From Selaginella moellendorffii (lineage: Eukaryota; Plantae; Lycopodiophyta), in the NCBI RefSeq assembly GCF_000143415.4, contig NW_003314418.1, positions 180,271 to 244,270 of the forward strand: DNA of 64,000 nucleotides. The letters run 5' to 3'. The notes under the pieces are model-generated. The model searched no databases, was not told the DNA's origin, and saw nothing but the letters and a program-made list of their open reading frames with translations. Of this stretch, positions 13,843 to 25,780 are shown in pieces (positions within the stretch are counted from its first letter, which is position 1; the number at the start of each line of letters is the position of its first letter). A program made the position numbers and the translations under genes.

Positions 13843-14550
13843 CCGGTCTCGGTCTCGAATTCGGACTGCATCTCGGACTCCATCTCGGACTCCATCTTGG
13901 GTCCATCTCGGACTCCATCTCGGGTCCATCTCGGACTCCATTTCGGGTCCATCTCGGACTCCATCTCGGGTCCATCTCGGACTCCATCTCGGACTCCATC
14001 TCGGACTCCATTTCGGGTCCATCTCGGGTCCACCTCAGACTCCATCTCAGACTCCATCTCAGACTCCATTTCGGGTCCATCTCAGGTCCACCTCGGACTC
14101 CATCTCGGACTCCATCTCGGGTCTATCTCGGGTCCACTTCGGACTCCATCTCGAACTCCATCTCGGGTCCATCTCGGGTCCACCTCGGACTCCATTTCGG
14201 CGTCCAACTCGGGTCCATCTCGGACTCCAACTCGAGTCCATCTCGAACTCCACTTCGGACTCCAACTCGAGTCCATCTCGGACTCCACTTCGGACTCCAA
14301 CTCGAGTCCATCTCGGACACTTCCATGTGTCATGTGTTGGTCCTTTTGGGTCCCTTTTTGGAGCCTCGCTTTTTGCTCGCTTCGTGCTCGTTCCTCGAGC
14401 ACTTCGTTGGGAGTTCCACTCCCGCTCTTGACTTTTCAAGTCGGAGCTTTTGGTCCAAACGTGTTACGCTCATTTGGCTCTCACTTCAGCCACTACCACG
14501 TGGCACCCTTTCCGGCTCCACTTTGGGGCCTAGAGATTTTGTGTCTCACA
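12678..14550 (-). repeat. 3' LTR of family D element
   Basis: TGTAAG...TCTCACA ends; PPT (reverse complement actccaccaccc) at 14551. Confidence 0.92.
13678..14318. repeat. Micro/minisatellite inside the D LTR: (GACTCG)11, (GTCTCG)n, then 11-12-bp GACTCCATCTCG/GGTCCATCTCG units
   Basis: Directly visible tandem array. Confidence 0.95.
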
Positions 14551-17500
14551 ACTCCACCACCCATAGACGAAGTTCGATGTCCTCATTGAACGGTAAACCA
14601 TTTTGTAAAGTAACACTCGCATGTGTTACCATTTCCATCCTTGGCACCTAGCCAATATTTGTCAATGGTTTGACATTGAAGGCTTACCATGCCTTTTGCA
14701 TATGCCTCAATGGTTTGACACCAAAGGCTCACCATGCCTTGCCTATCCTCTAAGGAGGGTAGTCTCTCCAACTTAGAGACTGATTGGACCACATGTAGTG
14801 GTTCTCTCCTTTTATTGGTTTAGTTCTCGCTAAACCTCTTAGAGACCCTTCTCTAAGTCAATCCCACTACTCCTTCTCGAGTAGTCTCAATTTCCATCTA
14901 TTGAATTTTTGCACCTTGGAACTTTTACTCTTTTGACTTTTGGAAGTCAATTTCCTAGGTGTCTCCAACACCTTGCATTGCACAGATTGTGCAACTCCAC
15001 TTCCCTATCCTAGGAAGTTCATTACTTGAGGGCACCATCATCCTCTCTTCTATTTCGTGCCACCTTGGGCACTAAGTTCCATTTATCACACTTTGTGCTA
15101 GGGTTGTCTATCGCCCTATCATTTGGCTACCTTACCGCTTCCTCCCTTGGAGCTTCCACTTTCGCCAAATTGGAGCAATTCGGAATCCATCCTTGGAAAC
15201 ACACTTCCTTTCCCGCAATTTGTTAGCGTCCAACACATTAGTGTTCCTCGCCTAACTTTGTCACTTGGATTCCTTCCAAGGAATTCCACGGCCCTATCTT
15301 GGCCACTCATCTTTTGCTCCTATCCATTGATTGTTGCACCAAGCAACATCGAATCTCTACCTCCCTCCTTGAGGTGTTCTTTTGATTCCATAGCAAAGGC
15401 TCTGCTTTGCCAAGACTAGGGTGTTCACCCCTAGTAAGTCTCTTTTAGCATCTTCTGCTGTGGGCTCTATCCTCGGCCCAACTTTGTGACCCTCTCATGG
15501 GTCTCTTTAGAGACTACTTTCCTTGGACACACTGTGCCATCGCAATGACATAGCTCATTTCCCTAAGGTGTTTTTCCCACTTGGTCACCTTGACCAAGCC
15601 ACACCATCATCAATAGTTCAAATCAACACTTTGAACTAGGAAACTTATTCCTTAACCCAAACAAGGACCTTGTCCTTATTCAGCCACAAGATCACCTAGT
15701 GATCTCACCTCGGCACCTTAACAGGTTTGCCAATAGGTACTAGGTCTTCCAGACCTTTAACTTGTTAACTACGACCCCGGGGGCATCCCCCACACTTGGC
15801 GGTGCACCCAAGCCAGCCCTTCCGGCCAAAGGTCCATAGCAACTGAGATTAGGTGTCCCCATCTCACTCACCACGTCCTTGGTGCCACTTGCACCAAAGC
15901 GTTCAAGTTAGATATGCCGAGTTTTCACACTAAACAATCTAACCGTGCATCATGACTCCGAGGCATCCCTCGCTTGGCGGTGTGCCCAAACCAGTCTCCC
16001 CACTGAGAGTCCATGACCACCGAAATATGAGTGTCCTCATATTCCAAACCATCACCATACCCTAGTGATTTGGGATTCGAACCCAAGCTCCGTATATGCA
16101 TCTACGGACGGCATCACACAAGATGCCTGGCGTGACTCCCCACGCCGGTGCACCAACTTATTTTTAAAGCGCGCTACAGATCACAGCTTAGGAACCTAGT
16201 TCCCCCACACTGCCAAGTCCTCTCACTTGACATATCTGTGATCATGCATGGACTCCTCCATGCTTGGCCCCATGGGCCACCCTTTTTGAAGTTAGCACCT
16301 TCAACTAGGGTATTTGTTCCCCCCAACTTGCCAATCTCACTTAGCAAGTCATCCGGCCACCGTAACATGGTTCATGCATAAGCGTGGAAGTCCTTAACCA
16401 TCAACTTTCGTTCAAAGCCCTCTCTTTGAACACTCGGGAACTACTTCCCTAACCTTGACAGCCTTGCCTCATGGCAAGCTTCAAGACCACGCTTCTGCTG
16501 CGCCACTCTGATTTTGCGCGTTCTATGAACCATTTACACTTGGCCTTTCTAGGTACTAAGTTACCTAGAATCGTCTTTGGGAACCTTGAAGGAACTCTGT
16601 CCCTTAGCTTGCTAAGGCCTCCCTTTTTGCAAGCTTTCCAATTGCCACATAGTCTAACATGGACAATTCCATATTTTAGACTCTCCATGGCATCACGGTT
16701 GCTAGCAACAACATCCTCGAGCACCCTCTTGATTCTCCACTCCCAACTTGCATAACCACTGTGGGATATGCCCTTTGATTTCTATGGTTCAGTTCCATCC
16801 CAATATTACTTGCCTTTTGGCTCCATATGTTTCCTTTGGTTATTCTCCTCCAGACCAGGAGGATAGCTTTGCACTTTCTATCATGCCTTAGCAAGTATTC
16901 TTAGGGATGAACCTACCCAATAGCCCAAGGAGTGGTTCCTCAATCCGGGTATGCTCACCTTATAATCCCACACACTGGGATTACATTGTTGCTTCTAGGC
17001 CTTTACATACCCATCACTAGCCTTGCCAAAATTCCATTTTTGGCTTTGTCCAACTCGGGTAGACAGTCCTCTCTTGTCTTCGCAACCTTGGACATTTGGA
17101 TAGCACCTTCTATCCATCATTCGCTAGGGACTTAGTCCCTTGGGCTTTATCCATTGCCCTCGCGACATCAAACACCACCTTCTGGTGTTCTAGAGTGTTC
17201 GGGTGTCCCAATGATGGCTTTCTTGACAATGAGTATTTCCTTTTATGACATTGACTTACTATATCGCAACACAAGCAACTTATCCCCCGTAAGGGTATAT
17301 CTAACTTCCTTATGCCATTAAGAAGTCTTGGGTAGCTACCTTCTACCCATTTAACCAATTATCTTGCGCCTCTTGCTTAGTTGCCCCATAATTGTCAAGT
17401 CCTACAACTCATTGCTTGGTGCTTCCACACCTCCATCATTATCCGGGTCACCACACTCTAACCGCATGCCTTCCAGCTTAGGCTATGCCATTCCCATTTC

Positions 17501-18616
17501 CATTGGGATTCCTTTGGACGGGGTTCTCATGAACCCGCCAACTTGACCTCAAGGCAGCACGCCTTGGCACCTTCGGTGTCTCCACACTATCGGCTTCACG
17601 AGCTTACCCCTATGACACTTCTTCTTTGTGTCTAAGTCTTTGCCAAGACCAATACCGCTCTTTTTCATACCAACCATCTGTTAGCACTGCACCATAGAGG
17701 TCACACACAACTTTGTGTCAAAGTTGTTTTCTTTTTGGGAACACCTTTCCCACGACTTTAGCATGGCACATTTTGCCATCAATGAGATACCCTCTGTTCT
17801 CATCCTTGGATCCTATGATCCCCCCCATCCTTCGTGGGGTACAACACACCTCAATCCAAATGCTTCCATCAGTCCTAATAGGACCATCCCTTGACTCTAC
17901 TTGAGTCATCCAGCAGTTTTGGACTTGGTTAATCCACAGACCCTTAAGGTCCTACTTGTGAGGCACTAGCTCACTGGAATACACTTCTGGCATTCCTGTC
18001 CTACTCAAAAGGACTATTTTCACAAGTGTTACTCCGACACTTGATTTTGTTCTCCGGGGGCAACTTTTGCCCCTTAGGACTACTTGTCCATGCGATGAGA
18101 ATACCACTCATCTCTAAGTACACCCCCCAACTCCTTGGGTTGTTCCAGCATTTATTAAAGGTAGCCCCGGCTACCATTTCAAGGACTTGAGTCCTCTTCC
18201 GTATTTGACCTCCTACGGTCATTACCTCTAGTCTCACATTTATGAGTACCAACCTCAACTATATGAGGATAATCTTGTGACTCCTTTATTGTTTTGGAGT
18301 CTCTATCTTTCCCGTGATCCCAACTTTAGTTGTTTACCACAACAACCTTAGCCAATTTGCTGAGACAAATGCTCATTCGGATCACATCCTCAACTCAATG
18401 AGGAAAACCTTGCACTGTTCCCAAGATCCCAAAGTCGTTCCACTATTGGCCCTTTTCTATCCACCACCTCGTCTACAAGTTCACACATGAACTGTAATGG
18501 AGAGCCATGTCTTCCCGACTTGCTACTCCTCAAGGATAGGCCCACTCCTCGGACCTTCCGATGCCAACACTAGTGGTGATATACTTGAGCACCAATAAAA
18601 GTCGGACTAAGGAACA

Positions 18617-18628
18617 GCTCCGATACCA
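18617..18628 (-). promoter_or_regulatory. Primer binding site (initiator tRNA-Met), TGGTATCGGAGC
   Basis: gctccgatacca lies immediately inside the LTR that starts at 18632. Confidence 0.85.
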
Positions 18629-18631
18629 AAT

Positions 18632-19770
18632 TGTAAGGGACTAAATTTTCCATTCTACTTTAGTCACTTAACCACACCTCTGACCACTTGGAGGAGTCTC
18701 ATTCACAACCTCCATAAGTCCAATCCAGGACTTGGGACTTGCTAGCCCCGAGAATGGCATCCATGCCACTCAACATTTGCACTTGGTCCAAGTGCTCCAC
18801 GTGTCCGATCCCATGACCGACACTCAAAGGTACCACCGACATAGCAGCCCGTTACGCTAAGGCCATGCCCAATCACCTTTGCCACACTGGTAGTCCAATA
18901 CCACTTGCATCACCGTCTTGGCTATCCAAGACTAGGCAAACCATCCGTGAGTGGTCATCTCGGATCCACTCCTTAGCATCCTTAGGATGCCCACCGACAA
19001 AGGGAATAGCCTTCCCCAATATCCCTCTGTCAATCCCCACTAAGTCCCTTTCTGCCCCTAGCCGTGTTTGCCAACACTGCCACTGGATCGAGACCCACAG
19101 GCCCGACCACTAAGTCCCACGGTCCTCTGAGACTTCCTCACCACACGACTGTGTCCTTGGTCACTACCCCAGAGGACTGCTCCTCTTCCTTTCCACAGTC
19201 TGGGCCTTTGGGACAACATTTCGGAACACCGTGGCCTTACGCGAGCCACCTGGGTACTCTCCCCTCGCCTTCTGCCCTTGGGTGCTCTAGCCATGGGCTT
19301 AGAGCGGGTTCCGTTGAGCCACACCAGGTATCCAAGTAGGTAGTGCCACCCACACTTGGACTGGGAGCATCGGCCAATCGATCTCCCGGGGGAACTAGAG
19401 CCGGCTCTTGAACACTTCACCAAGCTACCCTGCTTGTCGGTCTGTGTTCACTCTAGTCTTGGACTTCCCAGTGGGCAGCTCATCACCCAACACTGGGTCC
19501 GGCCTTCCTGGGCCAAACTGGCCTTTCCTGGCCAAACTGGCTCCACTGCAGTCCTCCCCCTACTATACTTTTGGAGCTCACCAAACCCCCCAGGGTCTGG
19601 GAGACGAACGCTTTGGGCTTTCACCCTCTCAGACTCGAACTCAGACTCGGACTCGGACTCGGACTCGGACTCGGACTCGGACTCGGACTCGGACTCGGAC
19701 TCGGACTCGGACTCGGACTCGGGCTCGGGCTCGGTCTCGGCCTCGGCCTCGGTCTCGTTCTCGGTCCCGA

Positions 19771-19808
<38 letters not shown>

Positions 19809-20540
19809 CCGGTCTCGGTCTCGACTTCGGACTCCATCTCAGACTCCATCTCGGACTCCATCTTGGGTCCATCTCGGACTCCATCTCGGGTCCATCTCGG
19901 ACTCCATTTCGGGTCCATCTCAGACTCCATCTCGGGTCCATCTTGGACTCCATCTCGGACTCCATCTCGGACTCCATTTCGGGTCCATCTCAGGTCCACC
20001 TCAGACTCCACCTCGGACTCCATCTCGGGTCTATCTCGGGTCCACTTCGGACTCCATCTCGAACTCCATCTCGGGTCCATCTTGGGTCCACCTCGGACTC
20101 CATCTCGGACTCCATCTCGGGTCCATCTCGGGTCCACCTCGGACTCCATCTCGGACTCCATCTCGGACTCCATTTCGGACTCCAACTCGGGTCCATCTCG
20201 GACTCCACTTCGGACTCCAACTCGGGTCCATCTCGAACTCCACTTCGGACTTCAACTCGAGTCCATCTCGGACTCCACTTCGGACTCCAACTCGAGTCCA
20301 TCTCGGACACTTCCACGTGTCATGTGTTGGTCCTTTTGGGTCCCTTTTTGGAGCCTCGCTTTTTGCTCGCTTCATGCTCGTTCCTCGAGCACTTCGTTGG
20401 GAGTTCCACTCCCGCTCTTGACTTTTCAAGTCGGAGCTTTTGGTCCAAACGTGTTACGCTCGTTTGGCTCTCGCTTCAGCCACTACCACGTGGCACCCTT
20501 TCCGGCTCCACTTTGGGGTCTAGGGATTTTGTGTCTCACA
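18632..20540 (-). repeat. 5' LTR of family D element
   Basis: Near-identical to 12678-14550; adjacent PBS. Confidence 0.92.
19632..20308. repeat. Micro/minisatellite inside the second D LTR: (GACTCG)13 plus 11-12-bp units
   Basis: Directly visible tandem array. Confidence 0.95.
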
Positions 20541-20545
20541 GGTGG

Positions 20546-21072
20546 TTTCGGAGGCTTGAACTTTGAAATTTGTGCAACCAAAGGTGGTTGCAGAACTTCA
20601 TCGTCCTCAGAATTTGAAGAGGACTCTGGTTGCTTAGGTTTAGCTGGTTTAGCTGCCTCAGCTTCTTTCTTCCTCTTTTTGTTCTCCTTCAATTTGCGAA
20701 TCTCCTTTCACAAATTCTCGATCTCGACTTCCTGAGCAGTACATTGCAGTGCCGCAGCATCTGGCTCTTCCTCTTCTGACTCGACCTCAGCCTCTTCCGC
20801 AGCATCTCTAGCAAGAGTTTCCTCCTCTCGATTCGCCCATCTAGAGGTTTCAGCGTCATCAGCACAGTTGCTTTTCACCATCCCGCTAGCTGCATGCATG
20901 CCTCTATTAGTAACTAAACATGCATACAACATTCTTAGCGAATGGTGCAATCCAGCTCATCCTACACAGGTTGCTTTGGATCTATTAAAAATTTCTCTAT
21001 ATATGCAACTTAAGTCAGAAAATCCGACAAAAGTTGGATAGAAATCGCTGAGACAATTCCTTTGATACCAAA
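20546..21072 (-). mobile_element. Chromovirus 5' region: PBS and gag N-terminus (continuation of 8343-12677)
   Basis: PBS TGGTATCAAAG on the minus strand at 21060-21070; acidic/Lys-rich gag N-terminus joins across the D insertion. Confidence 0.8.
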
Positions 21073-21991
21073 TGTAGCGCACATGAATTTGGAGCTGAAC
21101 TCCAAGCCCATTGCACTACAAAACGAGGGTCTGGTACAATCCCACAAGCACCAGCTCCTCGTATCCAGCACCTACATGCAAAATGATGTTAGACGAAGTC
21201 TGGCACAATTTTGGCATACCGGTGGCCTAACATGAGGAGGAGGGTACCCCACCGACTAGAGCAACATGGAGCTTGGGCTTAGATCTAAGCCAAACGTAGA
21301 ACAAGGAGCAACACAGCTTAGCGGAAGCTAAACTAATGTCTTAGGTGGTCAGACATGCATTCTAACCACTATCCCTACTATACATTAGGAACCCCCCAAC
21401 ACCCCCCCCCTCCCCTTGAGAAACACACACTTTGGGCTTTCACCCTAAGCCTCCCTTAGTACTAGGAGTTAGTCTTTGGGACAAGCTCAAAACTTACTAA
21501 ATATGGAATGGCTTTAGATTGCGAATTTGGATATGGGATGAACACCATCGTGTTCAGGTTGATCTTTACATTCTGTAGATATGCTAAATGAGCGAATCTA
21601 GACACTTTCTATAAATAACACTTAGGACCAAAATGAGACTAACACAAAGGGCGTAATAGCGAGGGTGTTTGGCAGACACGGTAAGCTATCATCTAGCGAT
21701 ATTGAGGGACTAGTCTCAATACGCAAGGGTTCTTGCCAAGCCAGTGCAAGACAGAGCAAAAGAGAACTAACAAGCTAGGCCAAGTATGCTTAGCTAAATA
21801 GACACTTAGAAATTCCTTCCTTATGCTCATTCGGCCAAGTACAGATGCTAAGTCTAGTTAACACTTAGACAAAAGGGGTTAATAAAGGGAATCAGTAGTA
21901 CCGACCTTCTACTATCATGGCAATAAGGAAAGAGTGCCCATAAGGACTGGCCGACAAGTATCTTTCAATACCCGAAGTCACATTTGCAACA
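21073..21991 (-). mobile_element. LTR, family B variant (5' LTR of the chromovirus)
   Basis: TGTAGCGC...TGCAACA ends; homologous to 6611-7751 except the PBS-proximal part; PBS adjacent. Confidence 0.88.
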
Positions 21992-22254
21992 CTCTCGGGT
22001 ATCGCATCAAACACCGCCTTGCTCGATCCAATCCGCCTGCAATTGCCCAACTCCTTGACCATCACAGTGGAGGAAACTATGTCCCGCACCACCATCCAAT
22101 CGAACACTGCCTTGGCCTCGTCTAGATGCCCACTCTTGGCATATGCACTCGCAAGCACTGTCCACGACACGATGTTCTTGGCTGGCAATGCATCAAAGAT
22201 CCTTCTCGATTCCTCCAAATGCCCACACCGCGCGTAGACAATCAGTGTTTCCAT
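21992..22254 (-). pseudogene. PPR gene fragment (short S/SS-type motifs), truncated by the LTR
   Basis: YARCGHLEESRRIFDALPAKNIVSWTVLASAYAKSGHLDEAKAVFD...; the reading frame runs into the LTR at 21991. Confidence 0.85.
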
Positions 22255-22889
22255 ACATAATATCTATGCTGATTACTTATGATTAGTAAACACAAGTATA
22301 AGAGACTTGCTATAATGAAACTTCAAACAATTAAACACTGAATAGAGGAAATTGCTAAGCCAAAGTCCACCAAGATCATCACATTTATACTATTTACAAC
22401 TCCAGCAAAAACAAACATAAACTACTCATCCTCCATTAATTCTATATTGCATGTTATGAAAGAGAGTGGAGGAAAGAGAATAGGAGGACTTTTGTTATTT
22501 GTTGGTGATAGAGAAGAAGCACAAGAAATAGAATTCCTATTATCCATAAATGTCGAAAGAGAATAAGAATATTTTTTAGTATATTATTGATATTTGGCAA
22601 AAGTTCCAGTGTTATGTCCCCATCCATGACATTCCTCACATCATGAACAACAATTGTCTTATGACACGGCACGAAAAGTCAACAATCTAATCTTCCTAAA
22701 CTAGATTATGCCTCCTTTTGAAGTTCTTCACCGCCCAACCACCCCCGAGCTACCTCAAAAGGTCCTTGCACCACCGCTCCACAATGAGCCCTAGGGTATG
22801 TTAAATTCTTTACCTTAACATGCCTTGATAAACCCTTGAGCCTCCCTTTGACTGATGTTAACCACGTGATCAAAGCTGGCAACTAACAA

Positions 22890-25775
22890 TTCTTCCCCCA
22901 AAAAAATTCCTTGTCCCAAGGATGAGTTGTACCAGATTTCACCCTTTTTGGGGAACTTTGCTCAAGCTCTTGATCCATCTTCTATAGCTGTATACATCAG
23001 GGAGGCATTGAGCCCGGCACTCCGAGATAGTATACCTTTCAACTGGCTAACATAAAATACTAGATGAATTTTCACCCGAACTGGCAGCTGCACCCGATAA
23101 GCCACCTTACCGATGCGCTCCAGCACTTCATATGGGCTAGCATACCAATGAGAAAGTTTATCACTCTTCCCATTTTGCAAAGGCACTAAAGTGTTCCACT
23201 ACTCACTTGACGGAAAAATCACTCGCACAAAAATGAGATCACCCATTTTATATTCCTGGAATTGGCAATACTCATTAGCAAACTTCTCCGCTCTATCCTG
23301 AGTTGCTTGCAAATTCCATTTGCACACCACCAAAATCTTATCAAGTTCCGTGGCCAAATCAATCGCCTTTGAATCAAACTTTTCTTGAACATCCTTACTC
23401 AAATGCAATTCCAATTCCACAACTGTTTGAGGATGCCTTCCAAACATGGCAAAGTAAGGACTTACCTTAGTTCCACTGTGTTGGCTATTGCTGTAAGCAA
23501 ATTGCACCAATGAAAAATATAGATCCCACTGTCCTTGCTTTTGACTAATGCTATAGCATAGCATATCTTCCACCACTTGATTCACACGCTCGATTTGCCC
23601 ATTTGTCTAAAGATGATCTCCACTCAAGAGTTTCAAAGTCATTTGCATAGCTTTCGTAAAGCTGTTTCAAAATCCACTAGTGAACTTTGAATCTCGATTG
23701 TTAACGATGTCCTCCAGCAAACCAAAATCAAGAAAAACCTTCTCCAAGTAGACCACAACCAAGTCTAAGGCAGTGACACTCTTCTGAAGGTTGTCCCTTT
23801 TGCATGAGAACTCCTCCCAGTGTATAACCACTCACATCACATATCACCTCATAAGGTTTTGATGGATCAGCAATGTGAAGCACTGGAGCCTCACTCAACA
23901 ACCGTTTCAATGCCACAAAACTATCCTCATGTGTTTTCTTCCACTCGAATAGCACGTTCTTATGCAACAATCATGTAAAAGGAATAGCCACCTCTGCAAA
24001 CTTATGCTTAAAATGTTGGTAGTAACTAGCCATACCAAGGAAACTACGTAACTTAGCCACTGAAGTTGGTGTAAGTTAGTTCTCCACCACAGCCACCTTC
24101 CTTGGACCCGTCTTGACACCCTTGGATGTCATAATATGGTTTAAATATTCCACCTCCGACTTTGCAAACTTATATTTGCTCTTCTTCACATGAAGTTTGT
24201 TGTTATGGAGTAACAAAAGAATCTTGCACAAATGCACCTTATGCTCTTCCATATTTTTGCTGAAATGGACGTTGGTAAATTGGCTATGCCCCTAGCTTCA
24301 ACGTAATTCTATGCTCCACACCTCGTAATGGAGGCAATCTATGAGGAAGTTTAGAGGGAAAAACATCAAAGAACTCTTCGAGTATAGTCTGCACTACTGC
24401 CTCTCCTCCACATGTGGTTTGGTTCCCCAAGTCATAAATAAACAATAAGTAATTCAAAAGTGTTTTTCCATTACGATAAACCCGCTTCAAAGATATAGTA
24501 GAAAACATAACTAAAGGTTGAACTCCCTCTTCAAACCACACATCTTTTATGCCACTGTACTCCAACAAGACACGTTTAATACTCCACTTTATCTCTAGAT
24601 CCACCTTCACAAACTATGACATCCCAAAAATGAGATCCACACGATGAAGATCCATGAGATAAAAAGTCTCTATAAGTGTGGTTTTGCCAACCAACACTTC
24701 CAACCCTTCTACACAAATATCGAAATACCAAGTAAAGGTAGTTGCACCTTCTACCATATATGGAAGAACTTCTCGTGTCACTAGGCCATGCTCCTCAACA
24801 AACTTTGTGGAAACAAAGTTGTCATCACTCCCACTGTCTAGTAAAATTCACAGTGGACTGCCATGGAACATGCCCTCCAGCAAGCTGATGCACGAGTGTC
24901 CTTGACCTTCATCTTGTTCCACACATAGTTAAGTTGACAAGCAACAATCAAAAGCTTCTTCCTCCAACCGCTTGCAACTTTTTAATATCTAACTTACCAT
25001 TAGTAGAAGATTGGCCATTCTTGTTGCTATGTTATTTGCTCTTCACTGTGGACAATCAGCCTTGTAGTGTCTTAGTTCGCTGCAATGATGACAACTTTGT
25101 CTATAATTCTTCATAAAGAATTTTTGCTTCTTTGACCACTCTGTACCTGAAGTAGCCACCATAGACTTCAGCTTGTGATGTTTATTCCCATTCTAGTGTC
25201 CACAATAATCATCACGTCGATTCTCAACAGAAAGACTCTTCGAACGCTTGTGAGACTTATATTTATCATTGTCAAGTCGACCAACAGTATCAAAGAGCTC
25301 CTCTAAACTCTTTGTACATTGAGAATGACGCAAGTGTTGCCACATGCTCTCACTATGAAGGCCATCAATGAAGTAGGATTTATTCTGATCTGGATCCTTC
25401 GTTAGAACACGGCTAATTAAACAAGTCAACTTCTCAATATAATCCCCAAGCTTCATTTTCCCTTGCTGAAAATGTTAAAGTTCGGTGTGAGCATTCTCCT
25501 CGTCATAGTGAAGTGTAAAACATAAATGGAAAGCAGCCTTAAACTCATCTATCATAGACACTAATGGTTTTTTATCCACAGCACAAGACTCCTCAAGCCA
25601 ATTCCACCACCGAAGACCCGCATCACACAAAACCATTGGAATAGCCACTAAAGCCTCTGCATCCGGAGTTCCTTTAGCAGCCAATAACTTCTTTACATTA
25701 GCTAACCAAACTAGACATTCATCCACACCACCATCATGGGAAAAGGTTGGAATCTTGAGTTGATCCAACCTTTAC
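22890..25775 (-). mobile_element. Degenerate, internally deleted Ty3/gypsy element (family E)
   Basis: Gag (IPTFS, GLRWW), protease region, LPPLRGVEHRI, RNase H (YEVICDVSGYTLGGVL), integrase (QFAYSNSQHS, YEVLERIGKVAYRV). PPT-like tcttccccc at 22891. RT core missing. Confidence 0.88.
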
Positions 25776-25780
25776 TTCAT

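Larger units (their letters stand above)
12678..20540 (-). mobile_element. Young non-autonomous large LTR element (family D, LARD-like) nested in chromovirus gag
   Basis: Near-identical LTRs at 12678-14550 and 18632-20540; perfect 5-bp TSD GGTGG (12673-12677, 20541-20545); PBS and PPT present; ~4-kb internal region has no long ORF. Removing it restores host gag KPPKPP|NFRGMRD. Confidence 0.93.

Noticed and set aside
13860-14318. CRISPR-like repeat array
   Set aside because: The units are contiguous with no unique spacers, there are no cas genes, and the context is a eukaryotic LTR.
13402-14651. Long ORFs (325-459 aa) with SD, TR/SR or LG dipeptide runs, also at 19356-20735 and 59835-60489
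   Set aside because: They are by-products of stop-free hexamer and dodecamer repeats inside LTRs and are open in nearly all frames; not SR or Sdr-like proteins.
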